The position numbers and the translations under genes are program-made. DNA of 64,000 nucleotides from Felis catus. Taxonomy: Eukaryota. Under the pieces are notes generated by a model. That model saw only the letters and a list, made by a program, of their open reading frames with translations, was not told the origin of the DNA and did no database searches. The DNA lies in the NCBI RefSeq assembly GCF_018350175.1, contig NC_058369.1:9052001-9116000 (forward strand), given 5' to 3'. Below are positions 1 through 18,800 of the stretch, piece by piece (the first letter of the stretch is position 1; each line of letters begins with the position of its first letter).

Positions 1-1
1 G

Positions 2-466
2 CCCTCTGGAGGCGCCGGGGCCGCCGTCGGGACTGGGAGCTCGTACCCGACGGCCACCATCAGCTACCTCCCACACGCACCGCCCTTCGCTGGCGGCCAC
101 CCGGCGCAACTGGGTCTGGGCCGCGGCGCTTCCACCTTCAAGGAGGAACCGCAGACCGTGCCTGAGGCGCGCAGCCGTGACGCCACGCCACCGGTGTCCC
201 CCATCAATNNNNNNNNNNNNNNNNNNNNNNNNNNNNNNNNNNNNNNNNNNNNNNNNNNNNNNNNNNNNNNNNNNNNNNNNNNNNNNNNNNNNNNNNNNNN
301 NNNNNNNNNNNNNNNNNNNNNNNNNNNNNNNNNNNNNNNNAACGCGGGGCTGTCGAGCACTGCTGGGCTCCTTCGGGAACAAGTGGCCCAGCTTAAACAG
401 AAGGTCATGACCCATGTCAGCAACGGCTGCCAGCTGCTGCTCGGGGTCAAGGGACACGCCTTCTGA
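2..466 (+). CDS. JUNB: Transcription factor JunB (AP-1 bZIP), 3' part of the intronless CDS; 5' end lies outside the window
   Basis: Frame from position 2 reads [69 protein letters not shown]-[N gap 209-340][41 protein letters not shown], the JunB C-terminus. TGA ends at 466. Confidence 0.97.
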   Translation, partial: PSGGAGAAVGTGSSYPTATISYLPHAPPFAGGHPAQLGLGRGASTFKEEPQTVPEARSRDATPPVSPINXXXXXXXXXXXXXXXXXXXXXXXXXXXXXXXXXXXXXXXXXXXXNAGLSSTAGLLREQVAQLKQKVMTHVSNGCQLLLGVKGHAF

Positions 467-1012
467 GCGCCCCCCCCCCACCCCCCGTACGGACATCCCT
501 CAGTCTGGACGACTGGGCGCACGCCTCCCACGGGGCGAGGGGGCAGGCGGTGGGCATCGGCCCCCGGGGCACCGCAAACCACACTGGACTCCTGCCNNNN
601 NNNNNNNNNNNNNNNNNNNNNNNNNNNNNNNNNNNNNNNNNNNNNNNNNNNNNNNNNNNNNNNNNNNNNNNNNNNNNNNNNNNNNNNNNNNNNNNNNNNN
701 NNNNNNNNNNNNNNNNNNNNNNNNNNNNNNNNNNNNNNNNNNNNNNNNNNNNNNNNNNNNNNNNNNNNNNNNNNNNNNNNNNNNNNNNNCGCGGGGACAC
801 TGGGGAAGGGACCCCCGCCCCCTGTCCTCCCCCCTCTGCACTGTACTGTGGATAAGAAACACGCACTTGGTCTCTAAANNNNNNNNNNNNNNNNNNNNNN
901 NNNNNNNNNNNNNNNNNNNNNNNNNNNNNNNNNNNNNNNNNNNNNNNNNNNNNNNNNNNNNNNNNNNNNNNNNNNNNNNNNNNNNNNNNNNNNNNNNNNN
1001 NNNNNNNNNNNN
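209..1012. other. Assembly gaps or masked N runs at 209-340, 597-789, 879-1012; also 44614-44761 and 46646-46778
   Basis: Runs of N of 132, 193, 134, 148 and 133 nt. Confidence 0.99.
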
Positions 1013-1229
1013 GAGAATACTGGGCTGCCCCCACCCCACTCCTGTTTGTGCCTCCTGTATCTGTGTCCTCGCCAGCTCTACCCGAGCATCTTGTATCCCT
1101 ATTCCGGGCGTCCAACCCTTCTCTTGTCGCCTGATCTCTGGGGTTGGAAGGTCCAGGGCGGGGACGCTGTCCAGCCGCCCATCACCGGGGGGCAGGAGGC
1201 CTGGGGCGAGACGCGCAGTGCGCGGGCGC

Positions 1230-1440
1230 AGCCCCGCCCAGCTGCGCGCGCTGGGGCTTTCCCCGCTGACGCAGCGGAAGCGCTGCCCCTACATGGGCCG
1301 ATTCTGTACAGTGACGCGACGGCGGTCTCCGGGCAGATTCCGGGAATCCCCTCCCCCGCTCTGCCGGGCAGGGCTGCGGCGCCGGGAAGGGGGCCGGGAT
1401 TTTCCCAGGCAGGCGGCTGTTCGGGCCCGGAAAGCCCCAG
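1230..1440. promoter_or_regulatory. JUNB 3'-flanking inducible enhancer (NF-kB, STAT, CRE, ETS, CArG-like) in a CpG island
   Basis: kB sites GGGGCTTTCC 1253-1262, GGGAATCCCC 1342-1351, GGGATTTTCC 1396-1405, GGAAAGCCCC 1429-1438. GAS site TTCCGGGAA 1338-1346. TGACGC at 1267 and 1312. CGGAAG 1275-1280. Degenerate CArG CCCTACATGG 1287-1296. Confidence 0.75.
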
Positions 1441-3140
1441 GCCTGGGTCCAGAGCGTCCGCGGTGGGAGGGCCACGCTCCTGGTCCCGGAGCCAACCGAG
1501 AGCCCGCCCCATGGGGTTGGCGTCCGGGCTTCGCCGCGCCCACGCCCGCTCCGTCTGTCCTGACCCGGGCGGGGGGTTGCTGCAGTCTTCGCGTTGTTGC
1601 CGCCGCGGTACCCCCCCCCCTCACCCCCGCCAGGAAGGGCGGCACCCGCCTGCCAATTTCCCCTCCCGGGTGCCAGGCTGGGAGCGGGGCGACTGCCAGG
1701 TCTGGTCCTGCCGGGGCGGCTGCTTGGGCCGCCGGGCGCCGCCGCCGCCCGCGGGACGCCCTCCCCCGCAGTTGGGACGGATGGGAAGGTGGCTGGTGCG
1801 CCGGGAGCAGGAGGGTCTAGCCGGCTTCGGAGCCGGAAGCCCCCAGAGCGGCAGAGAAAAACACAGGCTGAGACACCGCAGGGGTGAGGTAGGCAGAACA
1901 GATAATTCATTAATTCACTTATAAAATACTGAACAACGTAGCCCTGGAGACACCACCTGGATCATGGCAGACAGACAATAAACAAGCAAATATGATTCGG
2001 AGATGGTAAGTGCTAGCAAGAGGAAAAAAAAAAAAAAAAAACAAAACAGGTCAAAGAGGTAGTGTTGGGGCAGGGGAGGTGAGCTGCTTTGGAGAATGGA
2101 TTGGAAACGTGGACCTTGAATGATGCAGCTTTTCAGATCTGCATCCAGGCTCGGCGAAAACAGCATCCTGGGCAAGAGGGAAAAGCACATGCAAAATTCC
2201 TGTGGCCAGAACAAGATCAGCCTATTAAAAAAAACAAAACAAAACCAAAACACAGCAAGAAGCCAGTGTGCCTGGATTGAAGTGAACCAGGAATAGGGAG
2301 ATGAGGTTGGGGAAGACCACGGAGGGCCTTGGGGAGGGAGTGTAGGTAAAATTCCAAGACCCAGATGAACGACCTTGGAGGATTATTAGGCTGAATAGTA
2401 CTATTAATCATAAGTCTGTGGATTAAATGAGCCTGCACAACCACTTGCCTGAACATGCACAGCATCAAACTGCACTCCCTGGGAACACTGCTCCTAACAC
2501 CTGCCTCCTAGCCTCAGCCTCACCCTTCCACCTCAGGGGCAGGTCGGCGGCCCTTCCAACCCAGAGTGGGGCAGACCTTGCAGCAGAGACTGTGCATGTA
2601 GCTCAAGCTTCCACTCTTGGTTCTGCTGTTAGGACTGGGTCCCCACCTTCTTCCAGTCCCAAGGACCTGTCCCAAGAACCATTAACTGGGCCCTGAGCTT
2701 CACAAACTGTATCCCTTGTAATGTGCACAGTGATGTGCCTTCGTTGTCTTTATTCTGATCTCACTGTCGAAGAGGCCCAGGGGGAAAAAAATATCACAGC
2801 TCTTCAATGGCATTTGAACCCCGGCTGGCAGATGGCAAAGTGTGGGTGCTACCCTGCTCCGCCAGGCTTCAGGACGTAGGGCATCCTGGGACTTGCTCCC
2901 TGCAAGAGACAAGCAGCCCACCCAACCCCCTACCCCACTCCCTACCCACTGCTCCCCCTTGAAAACCACCCTCAGGCCATGGAGAAAGAGGAAGCAGTGA
3001 GCATGATGTAAGGCTCCCACCTTGTGGTGGCGATCAGTAACTACAGCGTCAATTTCCCAGGTCAGGGAGAAGGGGAGGAGGTAGGGAGCAAGGACACCGA
3101 GACAGACCACACCGATGCAGACTAATGTCTGTCCTAATAC

Positions 3141-3146
3141 TTTATT
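3141..3146 (-). terminator. PRDX2 polyadenylation signal AATAAA
   Basis: TTTATT on + strand, about 220 nt past the PRDX2 stop. Confidence 0.8.
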
Positions 3147-3367
3147 GGTCACTTCTAGGCCTGTGCCCAGCTAGATGGGCTCCAGGAAGGGACTCACCAT
3201 TCACCAGCTCCCAGCTGGGAGAATGAGAAGGCCTTGGCCAAGCCCTCCAGGCTCAGGGACTACGAAGTTTAAAGGGGGCAGGTCTGGCCTTTCCTGGGTC
3301 AACATGGGTATCCAGGTAGGGGCGTAGGTGGGGGCCAACAGCTCAAGCTTTCCACCTGTCTGCCAGT

Positions 3368-5372
3368 CTAGTTGTGTTTGGAGAAGTATTCCTTGCTGTC
3401 GTCCACGTTGGGTTTAATCGTGTCGCTGCCTGGCTTCCAGCCAGCGGGACAGACTGTGGGAAGACACAGGGAGGGACATGTGAGACTAGAGCCATCTCTT
3501 TAAGATAGGGGCAGTATGAGGGGATGAACAGAGGCAAAGCAAGAGCCTGAGTGGCAAAAGAAAAAGCCCAGAGCTAAGTGGTCCAGGCCCAAAGGCATGT
3601 TGAGACAAGGCCTCCAAGTCCAGCTACAGGATGTTCGGGCTGATATTTTTATTTCTTTTTGACCCCTTTAATGCTGCTTTCTCCCTCAGCTGTAGACCCA
3701 CTGCACTTTGAGGGCCTGTGATCAGGCCACGTCCTCCACGTAAGAAGATACTCTGGCCCAACTATTCTTTAAACTCCGCCTTGGCACACGCATCTTTTCA
3801 AATACCTCCTGTAGATCTGTTGCTTCCCAGCCCCTCGCCTTCATATTGGGGTATCTCCCCCTCCAGACTACAAACTTCCGGCAGACAAGACCCTGAGCTC
3901 TTCGGGGCCCTCACATCCGTCCCACACAAGTGACAGAGCAGGCAGTAAATGCCTGCACGAGGGCTGAGTACGGACCCACGTCTGAACCCAGGTGGATGTG
4001 TGTGTCTGCTCACCTTCGCCATGCTCGTCCGTGTACTGGAAGGCCTGGACCAGCCTCAGAGCTTCGTCCACCGAGCGCCCCACAGGCAAATCATTGACAG
4101 TGATCTGGCGAAGGACACCCTTGCCATCGATGATAAAGAGGCCCCTGAAGATACCAGGGTTCATGGTAAAGAGCTGGAAGCTCCCATTGCTGGGGCCGGG
4201 GAAGGACTATCAGCTCCTTACTGGCCACAGAGCTGGGGGCAGTCCCCTCACCCTGAGGACTGGGGCTCCCTGAGGGCCAAACACTACCTGTAGGCAATGC
4301 CCTCATCTTCCTTCAGGACTCCATAATCTTCAGACAAACTTCTAGTTACATCAGCCAGCAGGGGGATGTTCAGGGGACCCAAGCCCCCTTCCTTCCTGGG
4401 AGTGTTGATCCTAGGGGTAGAGGGGACAGGGCTGGGACCTCAAGATCGCCTGGCACAGCAGGGTCGTCCCCCTGTGGGTCTGAGTGTGATAAAGGCTGGA
4501 GAGGCGGTGCTGGAACCGAGCGATAAGGGGCTTTAGAGCAAGGCTCTAGGATCCCCACCCACCCCACCCTCAAGAGGAGGCAGGGGCTGTCTCCCACATC
4601 TGGGAAGACTAAGCCAAGGCTCCAGCAAAGTGTGTTCACATGTGCGGATGATCCCCCCCCCCCTCCCATCTTGGGGCAGAAGGCCTGCCTTAGAGTCCCC
4701 ATCCTCGCTCTAGCTCTCTGTGCTGGGCCGCAGCCCTTCCCTCTCTAGAACTGGAGTTTCCACCTGTTTGAAATAACTACCGGAAGGGAGGCTGTACCGT
4801 CCTAAGTGAGATAAAGCATCTCCAACTCTCTGGGCCAAGCAACTAGGTTTCAAATGCTAATTACTGCCATCATCATTAAGGACTTGGGCGTCATCAATTC
4901 TATTATTTTCAAGGTGGGGAAAGGGAGGGACAGATGTTGAGTAACAGCCACTAGAACACACAGCTGGGATCCTACGGAGGATGGAGACTTAGATGCATCC
5001 TCCCTCCCTGCTGGTGCCCGCTCATACCAAGCCAGGTGGGTGAACTGAGAGTCGACAGAGACCCCCAGCACCTCACAGCCCAGCTTGCGGAAGTCCTCAG
5101 CACGCTCGCTGAAAGCGATGATCTCCGTGGGGCAGACAAAGGTGAAGTCCAGCGGGTAGAAAAAGAGGACCAGGTATTTCCCTGGGGGAGCGAGAGGAGA
5201 TAGCCAAGGCATTAGGCCTCTAAGGTCTGGGCCCCACCCCGACCTGGGCCCACTCTCGGCCGCCCTCACCTGTGTAATCAGAAAGCTTCACCTCCTTGAA
5301 GGCGCCATCCACCACGGCGGTGGCGTGGAAGTCCGGGGCGGGCTTTCCGACGTGCGCTTTGCCAGAAGTCAT
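3368..5372 (-). CDS. PRDX2: Peroxiredoxin-2 (typical 2-Cys Prx), 198 aa
   Basis: Coding exons 5372-5270, 5181-5028, 4410-4288, 4144-4014, 3453-3368 (103+154+123+131+86=597 nt), all GT-AG and in phase. Contains FTFVCPTEI (peroxidatic Cys), GGLG, EVCPAGW (resolving Cys) and the YFSKHN* tail. Non-coding exon 1 donor at 5860/5859. Confidence 0.98.
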
Positions 5373-5859
5373 GACTGAAAGCTGAGACCCCCCCCCCGCC
5401 CCCCCCAGTCCGGTCAGTGCGCCCGGGGAGACCCTTTGTCCTCCCTTCCCAAGGTCACGCTGCGCGCTGGGCCCAGTTACTGAGTCCGAGAGGCAGAGGC
5501 CGCAGCACTGCCCCCACACCCTCCCCGGTGCCGGGTCTGCGCGGCCTGGAGACTGCGGGAGACCCGCCCCCCTGACCAGCACTAGCGGCCGGGCCGCAGC
5601 CGCCGGGCCCCCTCCATTAGCGTGTCGGCCTGAGCGCCCTAGCGCAAGCCCACCGCTCCAGGAGGAGACCCGCGAGAAGGTGGCGGGGAGCTCGGCGACG
5701 CGGCCTGTACTGCAAGGCCAAGGCCTCGGTTTCCCCTGCAAGGACAAAGGCACCCACTACGGCGGGCGGAAAACAAAGGCGGCAGCGCTGAGGCCTGGGC
5801 CCGGCCGGAGCTGCTCCAAGGGGGCTCCCCAGGGCGCCGTGCCCTCCAGGGGTCCATAC

Positions 5860-7655
<1,796 letters not shown>

Positions 7656-8331
7656 ACCCGGGTGAGAGACTGGCGCAGAGGAGGCGGGGTCAGGGCGGGC
7701 TGTCTAGTCCGGGATTGAGAGTTCCCAGGGTGGGGGGGGGGGGAGAGAGGAAGGGCGGGGTGGTGGGGTGGGAATGAGAGGGGGGGCCCTAGGGCTGAGG
7801 ATTGAGGATGTCGGGAGAGGGAAGAGCTGAGTCAGGAACCCTGGGCCCCACTGATAGCCGGGGAGAAAGAAAGATAGATGGTGAGGGGCAGGGAGGGGGA
7901 ACCGGAGATGGAGGAACTGTGACCCTGAGGAAGGGGCATGAGCCTGTTGCAGGTCAGGGACCTCCAGGCCGAGAACATGAGCCCCGCTGAGATTAGAGAA
8001 TTGGGGGACATGAACCTTGAGTTGGGGGGAATGGCCTTGCCTGGTAGGCACAGACTCTGAGCAGAAGTCTGTTGAGATCTGGGATCACAGTTGGGGGGGA
8101 GGGGGGGAGGAGAGGCTTAGCCCCAATTAGAGGGTAGGAAGCAGGGGGTGGGGGGAGAGGGTCGGGGTGAAGTACGGAGAGAGAGAGGGAGTTGGGGGAC
8201 CTCAAATCTGGAGGCCTGAGCTCAGTGGAAGTGGGAATACCTAGTCCAAAAGGCTTAGACTGTGTAAGACAGGGACCCAGTGATGTGGACACTGTTTTAT
8301 TCTGGCTGTATAGTGGTATTTGACCTTCTAG

Positions 8332-13640
<5,309 letters not shown>

Positions 13641-13699
13641 GCGCCGGCCTGTTCTCGTTTCTGGGCCTTCGCCCCCCCCCCCCACCCCCCCGCTTTGTG

Positions 13700-13705
13700 A
13701 TTAAA
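13700..13705 (+). terminator. RNASEH2A poly(A) signal ATTAAA; further copies at 14438 and 15185
   Basis: First hexamer, 60 nt after the stop codon. Confidence 0.7.
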
Positions 13706-13712
13706 GTTCTTT

Positions 13713-14433
13713 TTATGTTTTGTTTTGGTTTCGTTTTTTAGTTAATTAATTTTTTTTTAATTTATTTTTTGAGAGAGCACGAGAGCGAGCGGCCGAGAGA
13801 GAGAGGATCCCAAGCAGGCTCTGCTCTGCTAGCACAGAACCTGACGTGGGGCTCAAAACTGTGAGATCATGACCCAAGCCAAAGTCAAGAGTCAGGCGCT
13901 TAACCAACTGAGCCACCTAGGTGCCCCCTAATGTTTATTTATTTTTGAGAGAAAGAAACAGAGCACAAGGGGGGGAGGGGCAGAGGGAAGAGGGAGATAC
14001 AGAATCCGAGGGAGGCTCCAGGCTCAGAGCTGTCAGCACAGACCCGGACGGGGGCTCGAACTCACCGACTGCAAGATCATGACCTGAGCCCAAGTCGGGT
14101 GCTTAACGGACTGAGCCACCCAGGCGCCCCTTGACCATTAGGTCTTTTAAAGTATGTTAAATTTTAAGCATCTTAGAATTTTCTAGAGTTTTCTTTTTTT
14201 TTTTAATTTATTTGTATTTCTTTTTTAATTATTTTTTTCAACATTTATTTATTTGAGAGAGACAGAGCGCGAGCAGGGGAGGGGCAGAGGAGGGGCAGAC
14301 ACAGAATCCGAAGCAGACTCCAGGCTCCGAGCTGTCAGCACAGACCCCGACGCGGGGCTCGAACTCACGAATTGTGAGATCATGACCTGAGCCGACGTCC
14401 GACACTTAAGGAACTGAGCCACCCAGGCGCCCC
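13713..14433 (-). mobile_element. Three stacked Can-SINEs bounded by one 17-bp direct repeat
   Basis: SINEs at about 13713-13928, 13930-14130 and 14190-14433. TGTGATTAAAGTTCTTT occurs at 13696-13712 and 14434-14450. Confidence 0.85.
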
Positions 14434-14437
14434 TGTG

Positions 14438-15933
14438 ATTAAAGTTCTTTAAAGAAAGCCAAGCACGGAGTTGAACTTCGGGGTAGAAGCAGGTTGGAAG
14501 CGTGCCGTGCCGCTGGGCCCCGCTACAGACTTCGGGAACCTAGACAGGATGGACCCTGATTGATTTGATTTTTATGTTGTTGTTTTAATTTCTTTTTTAA
14601 GTTGATTTATTTATTTATTTTGAGAGACAGCAAGAGCTCGCACGCTGGAAGGAGCAGAGAGAGAGCTTCCCCAGCAGGCCCCATGCTCCACCACGGGGCT
14701 CAATCTCACGACTGAGATCATGACCTGAGCTGAAATCAAGAGTGGGATGTTCAACCAACTGAGCCACCCAGGTGCCCCCGTTTGATTTGAGTTTTCAAAT
14801 GCGTGATGTATGTGTAGGATGCAGAATTAGGAAGGAGCACGTTGAGGGGCGCATGGGGCTCTGCCCTGACAGCACAGAGCCTGCTTGAGGTTTCTCCCTC
14901 CCTCTCTCTTTCTCTCTCTGCCCCTCCCCTGCTCGCACATGGTCTCTCAAATAAACTTTTTTTTTTTTAAATTTTTTTTTAAACGTTTTATTTATTTTTG
15001 AGACAGGGAGAGACAGAACATGAACAGGGGAGGGTCAGAGAGAGGGAGACACAGAATCGGAAACAGGCTCCAGGCTCCGAGCCGTCAGCCCAGAGCCCGA
15101 CGCGGGGCTCGAACTCACAAACCGCGAGATCAGGACCTGAGCCGAAGTCGGCCGCTCAACCGACTGAGCCACCCAGGCGCCCCAATTAAAGTTCTTGAAA
15201 GAAAGCCAAGCACGGAGTTGAACTTCGGGGTAGAAGCAGGTTGGAAGCGTGCCGTGCCGCTGGGCCCCGCTACAGACTTTGGGAACCTAAACAGATGGAC
15301 CCTGATTGATTTGATTTTTTTGTTGTTGTTTTAATTTCTTTTTTAAGTTGATTTATTTATTTATTTTGAGAGACAGCAAGAGCTCGCACGCAGGAAGGAG
15401 CAGAGAGAGAGATTCCCCAGCAGGCCCCATGCTCCACCACGGGGCTCAATCTCACGACTGAGATCATGACCTGAGCCGAAATCAAGAGTGGGATGTTCAA
15501 CCAACTGAGCCACCCAGGTGCCCCCGTTTGATTTGAGTTTTCAAATACGTGATGTACGTGTAGGATGCAGAATTAGGAAGGAGCACGTTGAGGGGCGCAT
15601 GGGGCTCTGCCCTGACAGCACAGAGCCTGCTTGAGGTTTCTCCCTCCCTCTCTCTCTCTTTCTCTCTCTGCCCCTCCCCTGCTCGCACATGGTCTCTCAA
15701 ATAAACTTTTTTTTTTTTAATTTTTTTTTTTAACGTTTTATTTATTTTTGAGACAGGGAGAGACAGAGCATGAACAGGGGAGGGTCAGAGAGAGGGAGAC
15801 ACAGAATCTGAAACAGGCTCCAGGCTCTGAGCGGTCAGCACAGAGCCCAACGTGGGGCTCGAACTCACGGAACGCGAGATCATGACCTGAGCCGAAGTCG
15901 GCCACTCAACCGACTGAGCCACCCAGGCGCCCC
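14438..15933. repeat. Tandem duplication, two copies of a ~747-bp unit (unique DNA plus SINEs)
   Basis: 14438-15183 and 15185-15933 are colinear from ATTAAAGTTCTT(T/G)AAAGAAAGCCAAGCACGGAG to CCCAGGCGCCCC, with scattered substitutions and small indels. Confidence 0.95.
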
Positions 15934-16011
15934 TCAAATAAACTTTTTTTAAAAAAGCACATTGAGAAGCCTCGCTCATACCTGCAGCCAGCTCACTGGT
16001 GGGCTTACCAA

Positions 16012-16380
16012 GCTGTCCTAGTCTTTTGGGGCCACTGTAACAAAACACCGCAGACTAGGCGGTTTACAAATAACAGACATTAATTACGGTTCTAGAGCCT
16101 GGAAGTCCAAGATCACGGGGCCTGCATGGTCAGGTCCTCAGGGGGACTCTTTCCCCGGGGGTCGATTGCCAACTTCTGTGTCCTCACGTGGTGCAAGGGT
16201 CAAGGAACCTGTGGGGTCCCTTTTCTAAGCGCACTAATCCCATTCTTGACCTAATCACCTCCTCAAAGCCCCACCTCTTAATACCATTATCTGTGGGAAT
16301 TAGGATACCAACATGAGTTTGGGGTGGAGGCGGGGGGGGGGGGAAGGGGGGGTACACATAGACATTTAGATCCTAGCGGG
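16012..16380 (+). mobile_element. MaLR (MLT1-like) LTR remnant
   Basis: Typical segments GTAACAAAACACCGCAGACTAGGCGGTTTACA, TCTAGAGCCTGGAAGTCCAAGATCA, CACTAATCCCATT, TAATCACCTCCTCAAAGCCCCACCTC. Subfamily uncertain. Confidence 0.7.
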
Positions 16381-16599
16381 TACCTTTTAGGTCCTTCTGA
16401 AGTTAGCCTGGCATGTTACAAATATATGTGCAGATACTTTCTTGAGGTTTTGTTTTTACAAACGGAAACTGTACCCTACATATTCACCATTCTTCGCTAC
16501 ATCTTGGAGGTAATTCCAAAGTGAGTGTCTAAAGACCTTCCTCATTCCCTTTATAGCTAAGAGTCCTCAGTGTGACTGTCCTGTAGTTTATTTAATGCT

Positions 16600-16796
16600 T
16601 TTTTTTTTTAACCTTTATTTTTGAGAGAGAGAGAGAGAGAGATGGAGTGCGAGCAGGGGAGGGGCAGAGAGAGAGGGAGACACAGAATCCGAAGCAGGCT
16701 CCAGACTCCGAGCTGTCGGCACAGGGCTCGACGCGGGGCTCGAACTCACAAAACGCGAGTTCACGACTAGAGCAGACTGAGCCACCCAGGCGCCCC
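16600..16796 (-). mobile_element. Can-SINE
   Basis: Reverse head GAGCCACCCAGGCGCCCC, (GA)n tract, TSD TATTTAATGCTTTT on both sides. Confidence 0.9.
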
Positions 16797-17539
16797 TATT
16801 TAATGCTTTTAAGAGATGAGTTGTCACCCAGCTTGCCGTTAAGCATGTATGGCAGAGGATGACCAGGATGTGCCATCATTTTGATGCAGTTTGTCTGTAG
16901 GACAGATTCCCAGAGGTGGGCTTGCTGCGTGGGTTAGAGGATCTATGCCGTTTGTAACTTGGAGAGAGATTTCCAAACTTCTCTCTGTGAAGGCTTGTAC
17001 TCGGTAGCACTCCCCCCAGTAGTGTAAGTAAGCACTTGTTTCCTCCACAGCCTCAGCAGCAGCAGGACAGGTTTGTCTCACCCCAGGAAAAGTTTGGAAG
17101 TCGGTGGCTCAACGACACCCAGGACGCCATTTTTTAAATTCATCTTCTGTTTTGCATCTTTGGTGTTTTTTTTGTTTTTTTTTTTTTTTTGCCTCTCATC
17201 ATCCCACCATGGCTGCCACAGTTCCAGACATCACATCCCAACCTCCAAAGGTCTCCCCAAGCAGCTGCCCTGTCACTTCCTGGCTGAAAGTGGGACACGT
17301 CTATGCCCAAAGCAGGGGGAGTACCAGGGGAAATGGAATATCTGGGGAAAGCATCAAAAGCTGATTCCTGGGGGTAGAGAGAGACCTGGTGTCCCCCCCT
17401 CTCCCCCATTCCCTTTCCCGTGACCCCTCCTTGACTTGAGCAGTAGCAATTTAATGGAAAAAAGAAAAGGGATGGCTCTTCACCTTGTAATAAATGTTCT
17501 GATAGCAGGAGCCCAGGGCATTGTGGGAGTACTATGTAT

Positions 17540-17925
17540 GGAGCATGTAGACGGCTAGGGCTACATAGCAAAGTACCACAGACTTGGTGCCTGAAACAAC
17601 AGAAACATTGTCTCACGGTTCTGGAGGTTACAAGTCCAAGAGGAAGGTGTTGTTGGCAGGGTTGATTTCTCCTGAGGTTGCTCTCCTTGGTTTGTTGATG
17701 GCTGTCTTCTCCCTGTGTCTCACGACCTTCCCTCTGTGCGTATCTGTGTCCTAATCTTTTTTTAAGGACTCCAGTCATTGGATTCTGGCCCATCCATAGG
17801 ACCTTAGTTTACCTTAATTACCTCTTTAAGGACCCTATCTCCAAATATAGTCACATTCTAAGGTCCTGGGGTTGGGACTTCAACATATGCATTTGGGGGG
17901 ATGGGATACAAGTCAGCCCATAACA
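17540..17925 (+). mobile_element. MaLR (MLT1-like) LTR remnant
   Basis: AAGTACCACAGACTTGGTG..AAACAACAGAAA..TTCTGGAGG..AAGTCCAAG..GACCCTATCTCCAAATA..CAGCCCATAACA end. Confidence 0.75.
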
Positions 17926-18576
17926 GAGTATCCTCTCTGTGTAGGTCCCATGCTGGGCACCAGGAAGGCAGCGTTGACCCAGCTACAAAAGGTGTCTGAG
18001 TGCCCAGGGAGGTCTAGGGGACCTCAGAGTACACAGTGGGGGACGCCAGCTCTGCTCTGGGGCTCAAAGAGCCTGAGGAGCTGACTGGCTGAGATCTGAA
18101 GGGTGAGGGGTGGAACAGAACAGGAGGGTGGAGAGGGCCCCGGGCAGTGGGAACTGTGAGTACAGATCCTGGAACCGAGAGGCTCTGCTTTGAGAAGGCG
18201 GGAGGGCAGGGATAGTGAAGGCTGACCTTGGGGAGGAGCTGTGCCCTCCCCCCTCCCCCATTTCCCCACACTAGGGGTGCCCTCTATTCAAGCCTCAGCC
18301 TCTGGTTAGCATCATAGTTGCAAAACATACCCATGCTGATTCCATTTATAATTCTGCCCTGTCCTTTTCTACGTAAGTATGTAAATGTATGCTGTAAATT
18401 TTGGATCTACTTTTTTTTTCCCCCCTCAGAATGATTAGAATTACAGTTCATCTTGAAGTTGTAGGTCCATCTGACTGCTGATGGAATTTGCCTGGACAGG
18501 GTAAGGAAACTATCCCCCTTTCTTCACAGCTGGCAATAAGCAGAAGCTAGTGGGCGCTCTAAAGATGTAATGTGCT

Positions 18577-18696
18577 AGGGGCACCTGGATGGCTCAGTCG
18601 GTTGAGCCTCTGACTTTGGCTCAGGTCACGATCTCAGGGTTCACGAGTTCGAGCCCCACATTGGGCTCTGTGTTGGCAGTGGGGAGACTGCTTGGG

Positions 18697-18744
<48 letters not shown>

Positions 18745-18800
18745 CCTCCTCTGCTCACACTCTGTCTCCCCCCAAGTAAACTTTCAAAAATAATAAAACG
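18577..18800 (+). mobile_element. Can-SINE with long (CT)n
   Basis: GGGGCACCTGGATGGCTCAGTCGGTTGAGC head and B box GAGTTCGAGCCC. Confidence 0.9.

Noticed and set aside
414-1924. Long ORFs downstream of JUNB (468 aa, 292 aa, 242 aa)
   Set aside because: They run through N gaps or a GC-rich CpG island with few stops, have Pro/Arg/Gly-biased composition and show no domain.
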